Assembly: GCA_023137195.1 (NCBI GenBank)
Contig: JAGLPV010000001.1
Location: forward strand, 42,242-106,241
DNA length: 64,000 nt
Direction: 5' to 3'
Source: Candidatus Aenigmatarchaeota archaeon
Lineage (GTDB): Archaea; EX4484-52
In this document: one piece after another, positions 45,741 to 54,499 of the stretch
How positions within the stretch are numbered: the stretch's first letter is position 1
Layout: every line of letters starts with the position of its first letter
Translations under genes and position numbers: made by a program
Notes under the pieces: model-generated
The model's input: only the letters and a program-made list of their open reading frames with translations
Told to the model about the DNA's origin: nothing
Databases searched by the model: none

Positions 45741-45826
45741 ATTTATATTTTTTGCATATGGGCGTAAATAAGGATAAATATTTTCGCATCTTGTGAATTA
45801 AATAAGTTCTAAATAAATTTTTCAAC

Positions 45827-45850
45827 TATATCGCGGCACAAAAGTAATGC
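45827..45850. repeat. 24-nt element shared in inverted orientation with 58325-58348
   Basis: tatatcgcggcacaaaagtaatgc. Its reverse complement matches gcattacttttgtgccgtgatata at 23/24 positions. It is part of an imperfect palindrome. Confidence 0.7.
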
Positions 45851-46001
45851 GGCGTTATATAATCTCAAACACAATATTGAGAGTATACCAATTGCGTCTT
45901 TGAATATATTTGCCTGCTTAACTTTCGAATTTTATTCGTAGTCAAATATACCAGAAGAACACATAAATGCTATCAACTATCAATTGTATTTTTTTGCATT
46001 A

Positions 46002-46033
46002 TTTTCTGCTGTGTATAAATGGTAAGCAGAAAA
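46002..46033. repeat. Perfect 9-bp-stem hairpin in a noncoding gap
   Basis: ttttctgct (46002-46010) pairs with agcagaaaa (46025-46033). The 14-nt loop contains tgtataaat. Confidence 0.6.
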
Positions 46034-46063
46034 TAAGCTTAAAATTAGTATTTTACGCAAGGA

Positions 46064-46105
46064 TTTTGTTATTGTTGTATAAATTTCAAGGATACAATAA
46101 CAAAA
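46064..46105. repeat. Perfect 12-bp-stem hairpin in a noncoding gap
   Basis: ttttgttattgt (46064-46075) pairs with acaataacaaaa (46094-46105). The 18-nt loop also contains tgtataaat. Confidence 0.6.
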
Positions 46106-46178
46106 CATTGGAAGTAGTAAATGGTGTAAGGAAACATCCATTGAACTTTTATGATTATTTGTGTGTTCTGCTATAAAA

Positions 46179-46787
<609 letters not shown>

Positions 46788-46791
46788 TTAA

Positions 46792-47214
46792 TTATTTTTT
46801 CTTTATTTTTCCTTTCAATAAGGCATCCAAGGATTGTCCGTTGATTTTGATGACTCTCCATTTTACTGATGCCAAAGACCCTACTGGTCCGTTGTTTGAA
46901 CCACCCTGTCCTGCGATGGTTACTTCATCCTGTTCTTTTATGAATCCCATCGCGCCTGTTCCAGGACAGAATACAGTTATCTGTTTGCCATTCTTTATTA
47001 ACTGTACTCTAACGCATTTAATTAAACCTGAATGTGGCTGTTTTTGTTCTATCTGCCTTTTTTCAAGAACTATTCCTTTTGCCTGCGGACATCCTTCAAG
47101 AGGATCTGATTTAGCTCTCAGGCGGAGAGTTCTGGTGACATATGTTTTGCTCTTCCATTTTTTGGCTTTTATGTGCTTTTTTATGTCTCTTCCAGCGTAT
47201 AATCCTTTTGCCAT
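46792..47214 (-). CDS. rps12: Ribosomal protein S12 (uS12)
   Basis: DPLEGCPQAKGIVLEK..IEQKQPHSGLIKCVRVQLIKNGKQITVFCPG. Confidence 0.95.
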   Translation of the reverse strand: MAKGLYAGRDIKKHIKAKKWKSKTYVTRTLRLRAKSDPLEGCPQAKGIVLEKRQIEQKQPHSGLIKCVRVQLIKNGKQITVFCPGTGAMGFIKEQDEVTIAGQGGSNNGPVGSLASVKWRVIKINGQSLDALLKGKIKKK

Positions 47215-47302
47215 AATCTATATTAAGAATACAGTAATATTAAAAATGTTTATATGTTGAGGTTGCATAAGGTTTTTAAAGATTTTTTAGTTTGCATATG
47301 TT

Positions 47303-47794
47303 ATGACAGCAGCAAACGGTCGCAAAAAGTGCGAAAAGCAAAGGGCATCAAGAACTCACGGATGGGGTTCTCCAAAAAAGCACAGAGGTGCAGGAAGTAG
47401 AGGAGGACGTGGAAATGCCGGAAGAGGTAAGAAAGGACAGCAGAAAATGAGTTTGTTGAATTCGCTTCATGTTAGGAATATTGGAAAACACGGTTTTGTC
47501 AACAAGACAAAGAAGAACGTTGTTTCAATAAATCTTGGCGTTTTATGCTCTAAAATAGAATTATTAAAGGAACTGGAACTGGTAGAGAAAAAAGATAGCA
47601 GTTATGTGATTGACATGGATGCAATTGGTTATGATAAATTGCTTGGTGGAGGTCAGATTCCGGACTTTAAAGAAAAAATCATTATCAAAACATCTTCATG
47701 CACTCCTATTGCAAAGGAAAAGATAGAAAAGCATCCAAATTTGAGTTTGGTGGATGCTGTAGTAGGAGAGAAGGAAGTTGAGCAGAGTGCTTAA
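47303..47794 (+). CDS. rpl15: Ribosomal protein L15 (uL15)
   Basis: SRTHGWGSPKKHRGAGSRGGRGNAGRGKKGQQ glycine/arginine-rich N-terminus and KLLGGGQI. Confidence 0.9.
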   Translation: MTAANGRKKCEKQRASRTHGWGSPKKHRGAGSRGGRGNAGRGKKGQQKMSLLNSLHVRNIGKHGFVNKTKKNVVSINLGVLCSKIELLKELELVEKKDSSYVIDMDAIGYDKLLGGGQIPDFKEKIIIKTSSCTPIAKEKIEKHPNLSLVDAVVGEKEVEQSA

Positions 47795-47796
47795 TT

Positions 47797-50385
47797 TTAA
47801 AGAATATTTTTCAGCCAACCGACAAGACTATCGATTAACCCTTTCTTTTTTACGTGAATTGTTCTTCCGGTTATTGTGTTTTCGTTTTGCTTTGTAGATA
47901 GATTGTTTGTAAAAGAGTTTTCATCTGCGTTAAAAATACTTGTTTCAATTGTTTTATTGGTCAGAACAGAACATGCAGTGTACTTTTTTACATTGTCAAA
48001 GTTATATTCTGCAATAAAAAACACTTCCGAATCTGAATTTATAGAGTTAAAATAAAGTGTTTTCTGTCTTTTAATAGAATATGTTTTTTCTTTTTCTGTT
48101 AAGCCAAAACTATGCAATGTGAAATTGATTTCTTCTTTGTGTTTGTTTTTTATCACTACTTTTATTTTTTCATCTGCATTTGAGCAGGATAATTCTGCTC
48201 CTGTATTGGAGCTTTTTTGCTCTTTTGCGTTGTCGCTAGAGGTTCCATTCCATTCTAAGATTCCTTTGATTTCAATACCAGAAGTACTATCTGTTTTTTT
48301 GCCGGTTGTCCAATCAGTAACCCTTATCCTGTAATTGTAAAACCCTTCTTCAATATCTTCCTTTATTGTATTTTCCAGAATGATTTTTTTGGACCCGTAT
48401 GCGCCAAGATGGATTTCTTTTTCATTTGGGATCCATCCACCTGTGTTTGCAATTTTTTGTGACGAATAAATATATGATTTTACCTTGCAGATTTTTGTTT
48501 TGGATTCGGTGTTTTTTAGGGTAAATGATATATTGATTTTTTCATTGCGTTTTGCGATTTTTTGGAGATTAACATTTTCAATGTCATAGGAGCCATATGT
48601 TGGAGTGGCTGAATTGCCTGTGCCGTATGTTTTGGTAATCGTTTTGATAGGGCATTCATTTTGCCCGCTTATTTCTATCTGGGTTTCTTCCCTGAAATCA
48701 GAATAATCCTCCCATTTACATTCTGCCTTATTGTATCTGCATATGCGGCAGGACAGGGCGTATTCGCCGGTATCATAGTACTGGTCGCAGTTAGGATACG
48801 CAAATATAGGAATAAAGACATCGTAATTTTCCCCTCTTTCTGTACTTATCTGGATTGCTGTATTTTGTGAGCAGTAGTTGCTGGTTATTTTGCTGCCAAC
48901 AAAATCAGCCAAAATGCCTTTCCTGTTGTAGCCGTTGCAGACAAATTTCAGGTCCTGACCGCAATTGCCTGAAAAATATTCTGTATGCACAACTGCAAAA
49001 GAGTTGAACAGAAGTGACAGTTGTGTTGTTTTTATAGCAAAGGTCGGCTCTCCTAAATCTTCCAGACCGGAGATGTTTATCTTTTCTTCTTCTCCTGATT
49101 TTTCAATGAGTTCTTCTCCGATGCTGAAAATTATTTTCGGATATATTTTTGAGGTTTGGGTTATTGAATCATGTGGGACTGTCCAGTTGCAGTTTATAAT
49201 ATTGCTTGAGTTGTTTAGTATTTCTGCCATATTGCAATATAGTATTTCATCAGAGTCTCCACCGGTTGCTGTTTTTAATTTTTCAATGATTAAATATGCG
49301 CTTACATTGTATTGTTTTGATTCATTGTTTGTTATACTCATACTTATATTTAATGTATCATTTATCTTCAGATTTAATCCAGAACTATTCCACGAATCTA
49401 TAAAGATATTTCCTATGCCGGCATAATTAAAAAAAGCAGTAGATGTAATGTATGATTTGCCTGTCTTGTTTTTAGAAGACTTGTCGAGGTTAAATCTTGC
49501 ATAGCATTTGTATTCTCCCGCAAGAGCATTTTCCGGGATGTTCCATGTTAAGTTGTTGGTAAGGTTGCTTAGGTTTGTTACATCAATAGGGATATTAATA
49601 TTTTGTTCGATGATAATCCAGTCTTGTGGGTATTCTTCCATGTCAATGCGTTTGAATTTTATGGATAAAGTTCCGTTTATGGTTGAATTGAATGAGTTGG
49701 TTATGTTTCCTGTGAGAATTACTTCTTCCCCGATATCAAAATTATTTTTATTTATTCCTATATTTAGGTTCAATTCATTATTTGTTTTTGGTTCATTTTC
49801 ATCGGGAGAGGAGCAATTGTTTTTCGTTCCCGGCGTTGGGATTGCAGAGCACCAGTTGTTCATGTCTGAAGAATTTCCTGTTGAATTGATTTTTTGCAGT
49901 GAATTTCCGTTTTTTGCTTCCGGCCATCCTGTAGATTTGTTATAATTAACAAAATCTGCACAAGTGCTTTTATTGTTTAAGATAATTATCTCTCCTGAAT
50001 CAGACAGTCCTCCACATAAGCTGCTTACATCAACATGCAGTGCCAAAGAAGTATCAGAAATATTAAAATAGCTGTAAACTAATGTTCCACTTCCTCCGTC
50101 AGTGATAATTGCATATTGTTTTGGCAGAAGGACCATTGTATTGTTGGCATAAATGTTTTTGTCTGTCTCGTTTACATATCCTGCCAGCAAATTCTTTTGG
50201 CAAAGTTGCCATTGAGTTAAATCAACAGATTCGTTTGAAGGATTATGGAGTTCTATCCATTCACAATGAGATGCCGAACATTGATCTGGACTATACATCA
50301 CTTCATTAATCACAACCTGCCCAAAACACGGAAGAGCTAAGAATAGAACAAAAAACAAAAACATGTATTTTGTTGAATTATACAT
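47797..50385 (-). CDS. Large secreted surface protein with an N-terminal lamin-tail domain (LTD) and Asn-rich beta repeats
   Basis: Signal peptide, then VINEVMYSPDQCSASHCEWIELHNPSNESVDLTQWQL (LTD signature). It has many NxS/T sequons and Cys pairs. 862 aa. Confidence 0.8.
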   Translation of the reverse strand: MYNSTKYMFLFFVLFLALPCFGQVVINEVMYSPDQCSASHCEWIELHNPSNESVDLTQWQLCQKNLLAGYVNETDKNIYANNTMVLLPKQYAIITDGGSGTLVYSYFNISDTSLALHVDVSSLCGGLSDSGEIIILNNKSTCADFVNYNKSTGWPEAKNGNSLQKINSTGNSSDMNNWCSAIPTPGTKNNCSSPDENEPKTNNELNLNIGINKNNFDIGEEVILTGNITNSFNSTINGTLSIKFKRIDMEEYPQDWIIIEQNINIPIDVTNLSNLTNNLTWNIPENALAGEYKCYARFNLDKSSKNKTGKSYITSTAFFNYAGIGNIFIDSWNSSGLNLKINDTLNISMSITNNESKQYNVSAYLIIEKLKTATGGDSDEILYCNMAEILNNSSNIINCNWTVPHDSITQTSKIYPKIIFSIGEELIEKSGEEEKINISGLEDLGEPTFAIKTTQLSLLFNSFAVVHTEYFSGNCGQDLKFVCNGYNRKGILADFVGSKITSNYCSQNTAIQISTERGENYDVFIPIFAYPNCDQYYDTGEYALSCRICRYNKAECKWEDYSDFREETQIEISGQNECPIKTITKTYGTGNSATPTYGSYDIENVNLQKIAKRNEKINISFTLKNTESKTKICKVKSYIYSSQKIANTGGWIPNEKEIHLGAYGSKKIILENTIKEDIEEGFYNYRIRVTDWTTGKKTDSTSGIEIKGILEWNGTSSDNAKEQKSSNTGAELSCSNADEKIKVVIKNKHKEEINFTLHSFGLTEKEKTYSIKRQKTLYFNSINSDSEVFFIAEYNFDNVKKYTACSVLTNKTIETSIFNADENSFTNNLSTKQNENTITGRTIHVKKKGLIDSLVGWLKNIL

Positions 50386-50537
50386 ACCTGATTTTGAATA
50401 AGAATTTTAAATAGATTTATATTTTGTCTATATACTCCCTTGTTGTTGGTCTTTGGATGAGGTAGGATTATTTAAAAAAAATAAGATGCAATAAAAGAAA
50501 ACTTTAAATATATTAATTGATTAATTGATAATGTACT

Positions 50538-50921
50538 ATGGAAAAAATAAAGATAATGGCGGTAGATGATAATAGAGATGTTTTATTTAGCATAAAAGAA
50601 GGGCTAAGTTCCATATCCAGTTACGAGGTGCAGACAGTAAGTTCTGGAGAAAAGTGCATAAGCGCGTTAGAGAGCGGCGATGTTCCTAATTTGATTTTAA
50701 TGGATATTATGATGCCTGAAATGGATGGATGGGAGCTTACAACTAAAATAAAACGGAACGGGGACTGGAAAGATATACCTATTATATTTCTTACGGCAAA
50801 AACAGATGATTTGAGTAAAGGACTTGGGTCGCTGACAAGCGAGGATTATATTGAGAAACCTTTTGAAATACTTGATTTAAAGGAAAGAATAGATGTAGTA
50901 TTAAAAAAATTGATTAAATAA
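50538..50921 (+). CDS. Stand-alone response-regulator receiver domain (CheY-like)
   Basis: KIMAVDDN, phospho-acceptor context LILMDIMMPEMDG, IIFLTAK, and KPF. Confidence 0.9.
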   Translation: MEKIKIMAVDDNRDVLFSIKEGLSSISSYEVQTVSSGEKCISALESGDVPNLILMDIMMPEMDGWELTTKIKRNGDWKDIPIIFLTAKTDDLSKGLGSLTSEDYIEKPFEILDLKERIDVVLKKLIK

Positions 50922-51065
50922 ATATTTGTTATCTGGGTCTTAGAGAAGCAATAATATTCTTTAAAAATTATTAAATTATTTATTGATACGATATTCGTTT
51001 TTGAAGCAGTTGCTTGTTTGAGAAAATCCAGTTAAAATAGAACTGATTACAAGAACATTGAGATT

Positions 51066-52073
51066 TTATCCAAACAAAGCACCTAAACCCGCAGCAGCTT
51101 CTTCATCTTTCTTTTCAGCTTCTTCTGCAGATGGTTTTTCTTCCTTTTTTGCTTCTTCTGCTGGTTTTGCATCTTCTTTTTTCTCTTCTATTTTTATATC
51201 TCCTGTTGCTTCTTTTGGAAGAGCGGAACATAAACCGAGTGCTTTTGAATTCAAATTGGACATTATGGCTCCAACGGTATCTTTAGTTACGATATTTGCT
51301 TCTATTGCAATATTTTTTGCCTGCTGTGTTGCTTCGCCTATCTTGAATTCAACAACTTCTGAAGTTGGATAATCTATATTGTATGCTAAATTAAATGCAT
51401 TATTGTGAACATTGCATATATTGTTTTTATATTCGTCTAAATCTATTGTGAGTATTGATTTATCATAAATAATGCCGTTCTCGTAGCATTTTTTTAACTC
51501 AAGAGTTATTTTCATTGGTTTTACTTCCAGCTTCATCAACATTTCTGCTGTTTTACTGTCAATTTCTTTTCCTGCATCTACAAGGGTTTTATCTTCCATT
51601 ATTACAATTTTTGGTCCCTGTATAGATGCTTTTATTTTCAGGTTTTTCAAATCAGATATTGCCGGTCCCGGTGGAAGTTTTGTATCTCCTTTTGGAACTA
51701 CAATGTCGTCTGTTGCAATATCTCCTGATTTTGCAAAAATGCTTGATTTTTCGTTGTTTATCTTTTTCTGGAGTTCAAAAGGGTCTATATCAGAATAAAT
51801 AAGAGCAGGGATTTTAGCGTCTTTTGCTTTATCCTCTTCGCTTTGAAGCAATAGTTTCTCTATTCCTTTTTTTTCATTCTTTACCTTTTCCAGTGATTTA
51901 ATTATGATTTTCTTGCCGTACATCTTTATTTTTGCGATATTCCTTAATCCTTGTCTGATTGACTGGGTCTGCGCTCCCGGCAATTTGTAAAAGTCAACTA
52001 TGCCGACTAATTTTGCATCTCTTATTTCCTGGCACAATTGCTCCTGTTTTTTTATCTTTAGTTCTGAAACCAT
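51066..52073 (-). CDS. rplP0: Ribosomal stalk protein P0 (uL10)
   Basis: The track ORF is trimmed to the ATG at 52073 (MVSELKIKKQEQL...). Beyond the uL10 core it has the archaeal P0 extension and the stalk tail [12 protein letters not shown]. Confidence 0.9.
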   Translation of the reverse strand: MVSELKIKKQEQLCQEIRDAKLVGIVDFYKLPGAQTQSIRQGLRNIAKIKMYGKKIIIKSLEKVKNEKKGIEKLLLQSEEDKAKDAKIPALIYSDIDPFELQKKINNEKSSIFAKSGDIATDDIVVPKGDTKLPPGPAISDLKNLKIKASIQGPKIVIMEDKTLVDAGKEIDSKTAEMLMKLEVKPMKITLELKKCYENGIIYDKSILTIDLDEYKNNICNVHNNAFNLAYNIDYPTSEVVEFKIGEATQQAKNIAIEANIVTKDTVGAIMSNLNSKALGLCSALPKEATGDIKIEEKKEDAKPAEEAKKEEKPSAEEAEKKDEEAAAGLGALFG

Positions 52074-52126
52074 ACTTACGACTTTTATTAAAATAAGCAA
52101 AAAGTTTTTAAGGGTATTGCCAAAAT

Positions 52127-54499
52127 TCAATCTTTTTCTTCTAAATACAAGTCCAGAATTGAAATTGCTGCCATTGCTTCTGCTATTGGTGGAACTCTTA
52201 TTGCAATGCATGGGTCGTGCCTTCCACCCACAGTGATTTTTGTATTTTGGTAGGTCGATAGATTTACTGTTCGCTGTTCTTTAGAAATAGATGCTGTGGG
52301 CTTTATTGCGACTCTGAACACTACAGGCATTGAATTTGTGATTCCACCCAGTATGCCTCCTGCGTTGTTTGTGTATGTATGTATCGTGTTGTCCTTGTCA
52401 AAATAAAATTCATCGTTGTGTTTGCTACCCTGCAGGGTTGCTGCATTGAAGCCGGAGCCGAATTCTATTGCCTTTACTGCGGGAATAGAGAATATTGCAT
52501 GAGATATTATGCTTTCAACGGAGTCAAATAATGGTTCGCCCAAGCCAACGGGCAGTCCTGATATTATGCACTCTACTATGCCGCCTACAGAGTCGTTGTT
52601 GTTTTTGGTTTCCTCTATTTTTTCAGTCATTTTTTTTGCAATGGTCTGGTCCGGGCATCTTACGAGATTAGAATAGGTGTTTTTTTGAATTTCCTCAAAG
52701 TTAGGTTGTTCGTCTAGTATTACGTCTCCAATCTGCTTGGTATAGGCGCATATTTGGATTCCTTTGTTGTTTAGAATCTTTTTTGCAACTGCGCCTGCCG
52801 CAACCAGGCATGCTGTTAGTCTTCCGGATGCAAAACCTCCGCCATTGTAGTCAAATATGCTTGCGTATTTTTCCCTTGCAGTAAAATCTGCGTGTCCCGG
52901 GCGAGGAGTGTGTTTTATGCTTTCGTATGAGCCGGAATGAACATTCTTGTTGAAAATCTCTATTTTTATTGCATCACCGGTTGTGGATTCATCTTTAATT
53001 CCTGAAATTACGTGGATTTTGTCTTCTTCTGTCCTTGCAGTAGAGAGGTGGCTTATGCTTCTGCGTTTGTCCACTTCTTTTTGTATGTCTTCATCTGCGA
53101 TTTTGATGTTTTTTGGTATGCCCTCGAGCAGGAATCCTATTTTTCTGCCGTGGGAGTCACCGTAAATTGAAAGCTTTATTTTTTTGCCAAGTGGAGCGCA
53201 AAGAGGCATTATGTTTGCGCCCAGCTTTCTCATGTCGTCGTAAAATACAGGATATGATTTTTTTATGCAGATGGGGTTCTGGATGATTGTATCTCCTTCT
53301 GCAATAAATCCTGCGATACTGCATGCCATGGCAATCCTGTGGTCGTTATGCGAGTCTATTTCTGCTCCCCTGAGTGTGGTTGGTCCGGTTATTTCAAGAC
53401 TGTTTTTATTTTCAACAATGTCTGCGCCCATTTTTTTTAACTGGGATGTTATTGCTGCTGCGCGGTCGGATTCCTTTATCCTGAGCCGCTCTATGTTTTC
53501 TATTATTGTCTTTCCATGTGCCTGTGATGCTATGACAGCAAGAGTCGGTACCATGTCGGGAATATCTTTTGCATCTATTTTTATTGCTTTTAGCTTGCTT
53601 TTTTTTACACTGAATTCATTTTGAGAAAAAGAGAGGTCTGCGCCCATTTGCTTTAGGATATCTGTGATTCTTCCATCTCCCTGGAGGGATGGGTAGTTGA
53701 TTCCTTTTATGGTCAGTCCTTTTGGGCTTGCAAGGACTCCTGAGGCAAATAAAAATGCGCTTGAAGAGCAATCTCCCTCGACGATATACTTGTCTGTTGG
53801 TGTGTATTTTTGATTACCTTCTATAATATATTCTCTTAAATCTTCAGATGCCTTTATTTTGATTCCGAATTTCCTTAAAATATCGAGGGTTATCAATATG
53901 TAATTTTTTGACTCCATTTCTGTTGTAATGATAATTTTGCTTTGTTTTTCCAGGAGAGGCAGAATGAATAATAATCCTGTTATGTACTGGGAACTTACAT
54001 TGCCTGCAATTTCTATGACTGATGGTTTTAGTGTGCTTTTTTTAATTTCGACAGGTGGTAGTTTGCCATTAGAGGTGATATTGGCATTCATTTGCTTCAA
54101 TACATCGACCACATGGAAGACCGGGCGCTTTAGGAGTCCTTCGTCGCCGGTAATTTTGGCAGAGTCGCATAAAAGAGAGGCTATTGGAATTATGAATCGC
54201 ATTGTGGAGCCGGACTGCCTGCAATTTAGTGTGCATGAGGATGGTTTTTTTGTGTTTATGTTGTTGCCAACGCCTTTGACTTCAATAAATCCATCCCTGA
54301 ATTCTATTTTCGCGCCTAAGATTTTAAATGCTTCGATGGTGGCTATTGTGTCTTCGCATATTAATGGGTTGTATATCTTTGATGTTCCCTGGGCAAGAGC
54401 AGCGCAGATTATTGCCCTGTGGGTGAAACTCTTCGAGGGAGGGACTTCTACTGTACCTTCAATATCGCTTTTGTTTAGTATTAAGTTAATTTGTGACAT
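52127..54499 (-). CDS. Bifunctional EPSP synthase (AroA) - chorismate synthase (AroC) fusion
   Basis: aa 1-~430 are AroA (PPSKSFTHRAI, LNCRQSGSTMRF, IKESDRAAA, DHRIAMA). aa ~440-790 are AroC (YGDSHG, RPGHADF, GRHDPC). The junction is near 53190-53210. Confidence 0.88.
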   Translation of the reverse strand: MSQINLILNKSDIEGTVEVPPSKSFTHRAIICAALAQGTSKIYNPLICEDTIATIEAFKILGAKIEFRDGFIEVKGVGNNINTKKPSSCTLNCRQSGSTMRFIIPIASLLCDSAKITGDEGLLKRPVFHVVDVLKQMNANITSNGKLPPVEIKKSTLKPSVIEIAGNVSSQYITGLLFILPLLEKQSKIIITTEMESKNYILITLDILRKFGIKIKASEDLREYIIEGNQKYTPTDKYIVEGDCSSSAFLFASGVLASPKGLTIKGINYPSLQGDGRITDILKQMGADLSFSQNEFSVKKSKLKAIKIDAKDIPDMVPTLAVIASQAHGKTIIENIERLRIKESDRAAAITSQLKKMGADIVENKNSLEITGPTTLRGAEIDSHNDHRIAMACSIAGFIAEGDTIIQNPICIKKSYPVFYDDMRKLGANIMPLCAPLGKKIKLSIYGDSHGRKIGFLLEGIPKNIKIADEDIQKEVDKRRSISHLSTARTEEDKIHVISGIKDESTTGDAIKIEIFNKNVHSGSYESIKHTPRPGHADFTAREKYASIFDYNGGGFASGRLTACLVAAGAVAKKILNNKGIQICAYTKQIGDVILDEQPNFEEIQKNTYSNLVRCPDQTIAKKMTEKIEETKNNNDSVGGIVECIISGLPVGLGEPLFDSVESIISHAIFSIPAVKAIEFGSGFNAATLQGSKHNDEFYFDKDNTIHTYTNNAGGILGGITNSMPVVFRVAIKPTASISKEQRTVNLSTYQNTKITVGGRHDPCIAIRVPPIAEAMAAISILDLYLEEKD

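Noticed and set aside
52074-52211. N-terminal 46 codons of track ORF 51066..52211 (P0), which overlap the 3' end of the AroA-AroC gene
   Set aside because: The uL10 homology starts at MVSELKIKK (ATG at 52073). The extension is Ser/Asn-rich and overlaps the upstream gene's stop region.
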